From contig JASCQW010000027.1 of assembly GCA_030264375.1 (NCBI GenBank), positions 79,481,327 through 79,537,244 on the forward strand: 55,918 bases of DNA, in the 5' to 3' direction. Position numbers and translations under genes: made by a program. The first letter of the stretch is position 1. Each line of letters opens with the position of its first letter. Under the pieces are notes generated by a model, which made no database searches, was not told the DNA's origin, and worked only from the letters and a program-made list of their open reading frames with translations. This DNA comes from Carcharhinus longimanus. Lineage: Eukaryota. Positions 52,299 through 55,918 of the stretch are shown piece after piece.

Positions 52299-52890
52299 GG
52301 GGCTGAATTTCCTTTCAGTTTGCCGGTGACACTCTTTCGGTGTGCATTGACTCAGGCCTGAACATGCCCAAAATCCTGACAATGTAACATTTCCAACTAA
52401 CCTGCTGCATTCTTAAGCATCAAGATGTACCCATGGAACTAATGAAGTCATTTTTTAAAATTTTAAATTGCATTTCTGTGAAGTGCCTTGGTATATTTTT
52501 CTCAGTCACAGGCACTAGACAAACGAAAGTTGTTGCTAGCAGGATATTTCTGAATTTAAATGTCAATAGAAAACATGCGTCACTCGGGCACTTGCCTTCC
52601 CTCAGAGGTTAGAGAATTAATGGTCCATCGCATGGTCCATTAGTGATGCCAATCCTTCACCTATCCCTACGAGATAGTTAAAGACTCATTGGAATCATTT
52701 GAGAGAAGTCAACTTGAAAGAAAGATTCATTTTGCCTTTATGTGAGGTCTGCATTTGCTAATTGGCTTCTGGTAGTGATGATCCACAAAACCTTTGCTCG
52801 GCTCAAGGAATGAGTGGGAAATTCTGATGTTAAGAGACTCATCATCGATCTATCTTCTCCCCCAGAAAAGGCCTAGTTTCTGGTAGTGAA
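52299..52890. mobile_element. Old Harbinger-type non-autonomous insertion within the env-like fossil
   Basis: Begins ggggctgaatttc; protein-like frames stop at both edges. Confidence 0.4.
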
Positions 52891-54344
52891 GGCTTAAAAC
52901 GCACATGGGTGACAGGAAATCTGGAATGCCCACCTCCTGATCTAATTTATTTATTTTCCATCAAACTACAGTTATGGCAACTGTGCAGTAGGAAAGGCAT
53001 GGACACTCAGCCCTGATATATTTACTTCCATCATACTGTTCACGCTGCTCCAATGCATCAAACTGAAAACTGTATGAAGTACTGTGTCCATTCAGAGACT
53101 GTTACCTTAACACTGAGGTTTGTTTTGACGGCACCCCAGCCACAATAAGCAATGCTTTGACTGGGACTGTTGAAAGCATGCCAAGAAAATCAGCAGCATC
53201 TCCTGTTGTGCCATCAATTAGATCTCATGGCCCTTGAGCATCCAATTGGTAAAGGGCAGGGAAACTGTTTTTCAATATTATGAATCAATGATATCTCCTG
53301 CAAATTAATTTTTGCTGCTGCAAGGACTGTTGCAGTCAACCTGCAGAACAGAGCAAGCACTGTCACTGTTAGGCAATGTTAACCAGCAGTGCATTCAACG
53401 TATTTGTCTTCTATGTTCAGATTGAACTAGGAGTCATCTGGACTACCTCCTAACATGCTAAGCTACTGACAGATATTTAGTTATCTTTAATATTTTTGCT
53501 ACTGACACAGCACCAGGTTATAACACTGCTCAATGCCATCTCAGTTGCATTTGCTAAAATGAAGGGAGCTCTTGATGACATCCTTTTGTTCTGTACCCTG
53601 CCTCTCACCTAGTTTCACCTCCTCAAACATAATCAGTACATCTTTCTGTACATTTTGTGTTGATATTGCAAATGTTGGTGAGAGAAGCTGAGAAATTTGG
53701 GATGCTTTATTTTCCATGTTTACTGACAGTACAGATGGATTGTTGTTGCGTGATAAAAGAACAATGATTGCTACAATGTCAAGATACACCCTCCAACATG
53801 GCTTGCATTGCAGTATAAGACAGCGTGCATGTGATGCTTGGGCAATTCTGCATTACTGTGGGAGATGGGTTCAGTACTTAAGAAACAGATGATATTAACC
53901 CCTAGGGAAAAAAAGAGAGAGGTCATTGACTTCCCATTTCTTAGACCCCCTATGCTTGTGGGCAATGGATCTCCAGTTGATGGAGTGACACCGGTCATTA
54001 GGCCTGTCCTGTCTTTGTCACCTATTATGGAGCCTTGTGTTTGGCTGCACCTCTCTATTATATGCATCGTTGTCCTGCAGAGAAAACAGATTAAGTTAAA
54101 TGTGTCACAGCAAAGTGCCGCCATGGAACTCACAGCAACTGTCATCACCTATACATGCAACCTGCAGCTACATTCAGCTACATCCTTTAAGGATATGAGT
54201 GAGGAAGTTGCTAATCTGACGTGTCTCCCAATGTTTAATGTCCCTGCATGGGTATCATGAANNNNNNNNNNACACTGAAGCAAGCCACACAGGAGCATCA
54301 TGAATGATAATTTGAGGCTGAGGAAATGCTGTAATGTGCCACAT

Positions 54345-54560
54345 ATACATTTGGCCACCTGGTTAGCATAAAGTGCTAATAGCTCCTCCTAGATTGCTAA
54401 GATCTCTAAAATTATTCCTGACTTGGAAAAGGTCCAGTGGATCTCGGTTTCTGTGTTGACATGCTGAAACTCCTCTTGTCCAAGTGTTGCTGTCCAGAGT
54501 TGTGTCCTTAGGCATCAAGAAGAGCCACTGTCCTTTGGCAATAGGACATTCAGAAAAACT
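54345..54560 (-). pseudogene. pol: Retroviral/LTR integrase C-terminal (GPY/F) module remnant
   Basis: IAKGQWLFL, KPRSTGPF (54428-54451) and LYANQVAKC (54347-54373), matching G..V.L...PRW.GPF....H.NQLK order. Confidence 0.65.
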
Positions 54561-54656
54561 TCTAGAAGAGATGGAGCACAGCTATCTCTCTCTTATCGAT
54601 AAGCAAACAAGATAGGTATATTTGTAAAACAATTTCTTTGAAAACTATTACCCAGT

Positions 54657-54705
54657 TACGGAGGCTACAAGCCTCCGTACAATTAAAGGCTACAAGCCTT
54701 TAATT
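54657..54705. repeat. Two adjacent perfect hairpins sharing the core aggctacaagcct
   Basis: tacggaggct-aca-agcctccgta and aattaaaggct-aca-agcctttaatt. Confidence 0.85.
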
Positions 54706-55589
54706 ATTGTACCAGCACCGGATATCACAGCCCACAAAGCTTGAACTAATGTGAAGTATTGTTCACGCTAGGAGCTCACTGGCAATATTAACGTTGGGCT
54801 GACTCTAGATATTTCTGTGGCGTCTGTATTCATTGGATCTGGCAGCTGGGAAACCTGCTGTGCACAGACCGGAAAAAATGTTCAATCACAAACACTAGCC
54901 GTCACAGTTTCTCTTCTGCCAGCTCCCACAGCTGTCACATTTCTATTCAAGCTTTCCCATAAACAGATTACCAACTCAGCTTCAACCTTCCATGTCAGAT
55001 TTTACTTGTTGGCACGTAACCTTAACCACTTATCTTCCAACGTTTAAATCTTTAACCATACTGTTTGGATGGCCTCCATTCACCCACAATTCTCTTTTTT
55101 CAATTTTATTTTCCTCCCCTCTTCTCCAAAACCATTGAATCTCATCCCATCATCCCAGGCAATAGATGTTGTTAGATTACAAATATGGCAGTAATGGAGG
55201 TTCCCAACCTTCTGTGAATGACCAAAAATTGTCTAAATTCAGGAGTTCCTAACCCAGACATCACTCCAGGAGCTCACAGGATCAGTGATTTATATTTCCT
55301 GTTGCAGTGTGATCACCTCCTCCCCCCATCTCACTCCAGATATTCACCGGCGGCTGTTAGAATAGCCTCCAACTTGGTGACATTAACTCCAGAACCCTGA
55401 CCCTGTGGAGTGCAGCTGTGAGATGGGGGATGAGTATGGAGGGGTGGTGGGGGAGGGGAGGGGATGCAGTGGTTGGCATGTCTGGAATTGGAGAGTTGGC
55501 ATCCTGCAGGGATTTGGAAGGGGAATGGAGGTCTTGGCGAATGTAGGGTGAGCTTCTGAAATCAAAGGTGCTTGAAAGCTGTGGGCTGT

Positions 55590-55918
55590 TTCTGGAATCA
55601 AAGACAGCTTTAAAGTCAAAGTAAAGGACTGGAGGGACATGATAGGGAATAGATTGAAACCAGAGAATGGGATCTTGAGGAGCAAGAGAGGCTAAGGATT
55701 GAGAATTCAGATTTTGGAATGAGGGTTGAGAGGAGGGCAGAAGGTCAGGGACCGAGGCTTAAGTGATAGGTGAATGAGGGTGGCACTGAGAAAGGACCCT
55801 GATGATCTTACTGCCTGCAAACAATGGAAGACTATTTCCAATTAGTTGTGGAATGGGGAACAGAGATCCTGAATCCTCACTTGAAGAACCATGGGGAAAA
55901 AAAGGAGTGGGTTCTTGA
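55590..55918 (-). mobile_element. Possible old L2-type LINE remnant
   Basis: Purine-rich plus strand with gag/gga runs, as seen in decayed antisense L2; no clear protein motif. Confidence 0.25.

Larger units (their letters stand above)
50941..54320 (-). pseudogene. env: Fossil env-like class I fusion glycoprotein (lokiretrovirus-like, inferred), split by SINE, Penelope and MITE insertions
   Basis: Ordered minus-strand remnants: hydrophobic leader SFMMLLCGLLQC; CSCRLHV*VMTVAV; KHHMH|AVL (KRRTR after undoing CpG decay); helical segment; LHTVFSL..EVNISGLSVHAF..QLP; KTPG..FCG..WSCGL..ILISCTESLDT..KDQQCFFVP; TM AYVQVYFVLCSSVILILLLF then CCHYHHH. Confidence 0.65.

Noticed and set aside
53770-54560. 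Harbinger transposase remnant (IIGDKD, NNFRDLSNLGGAISTLC)
   Set aside because: Matches are weak and other Harbinger motifs are missing; the GPF/NQ integrase motifs plus glycoprotein architecture fit better.

Overview
Eukaryotic, repeat-dominated, gapped draft sequence, almost certainly from a shark: about eleven HE1-type tRNA-derived SINE copies or tail fragments plus elasmobranch-type CR1, RTE, Rex1, Penelope, Harbinger and hAT repeats. No intact host protein-coding exon, RNA gene or CRISPR array can be supported; the window looks intergenic or intronic. The main result is a decayed minus-strand retroviral fossil at ~50.9-54.6 kb. It has an integrase C-terminal GPY/F module followed directly by an env-like class I fusion glycoprotein (signal peptide, CpG-decayed polybasic cleavage site, Cys-rich ectodomain, TM helix). 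By my recollection this resembles the Mononegavirales-F-like Env of lokiretroviruses rather than a classical retroviral Env. Also notable: a near-complete hAT transposon fossil with nested insertions, an RTE LINE with an apparent 5' inversion, an inverted pair of Harbinger MITEs, and short Penelope terminal units (some with hammerhead-like cores) flanked by direct repeats. All translations were done by eye, no database was searched, and boundaries of old repeats are approximate.
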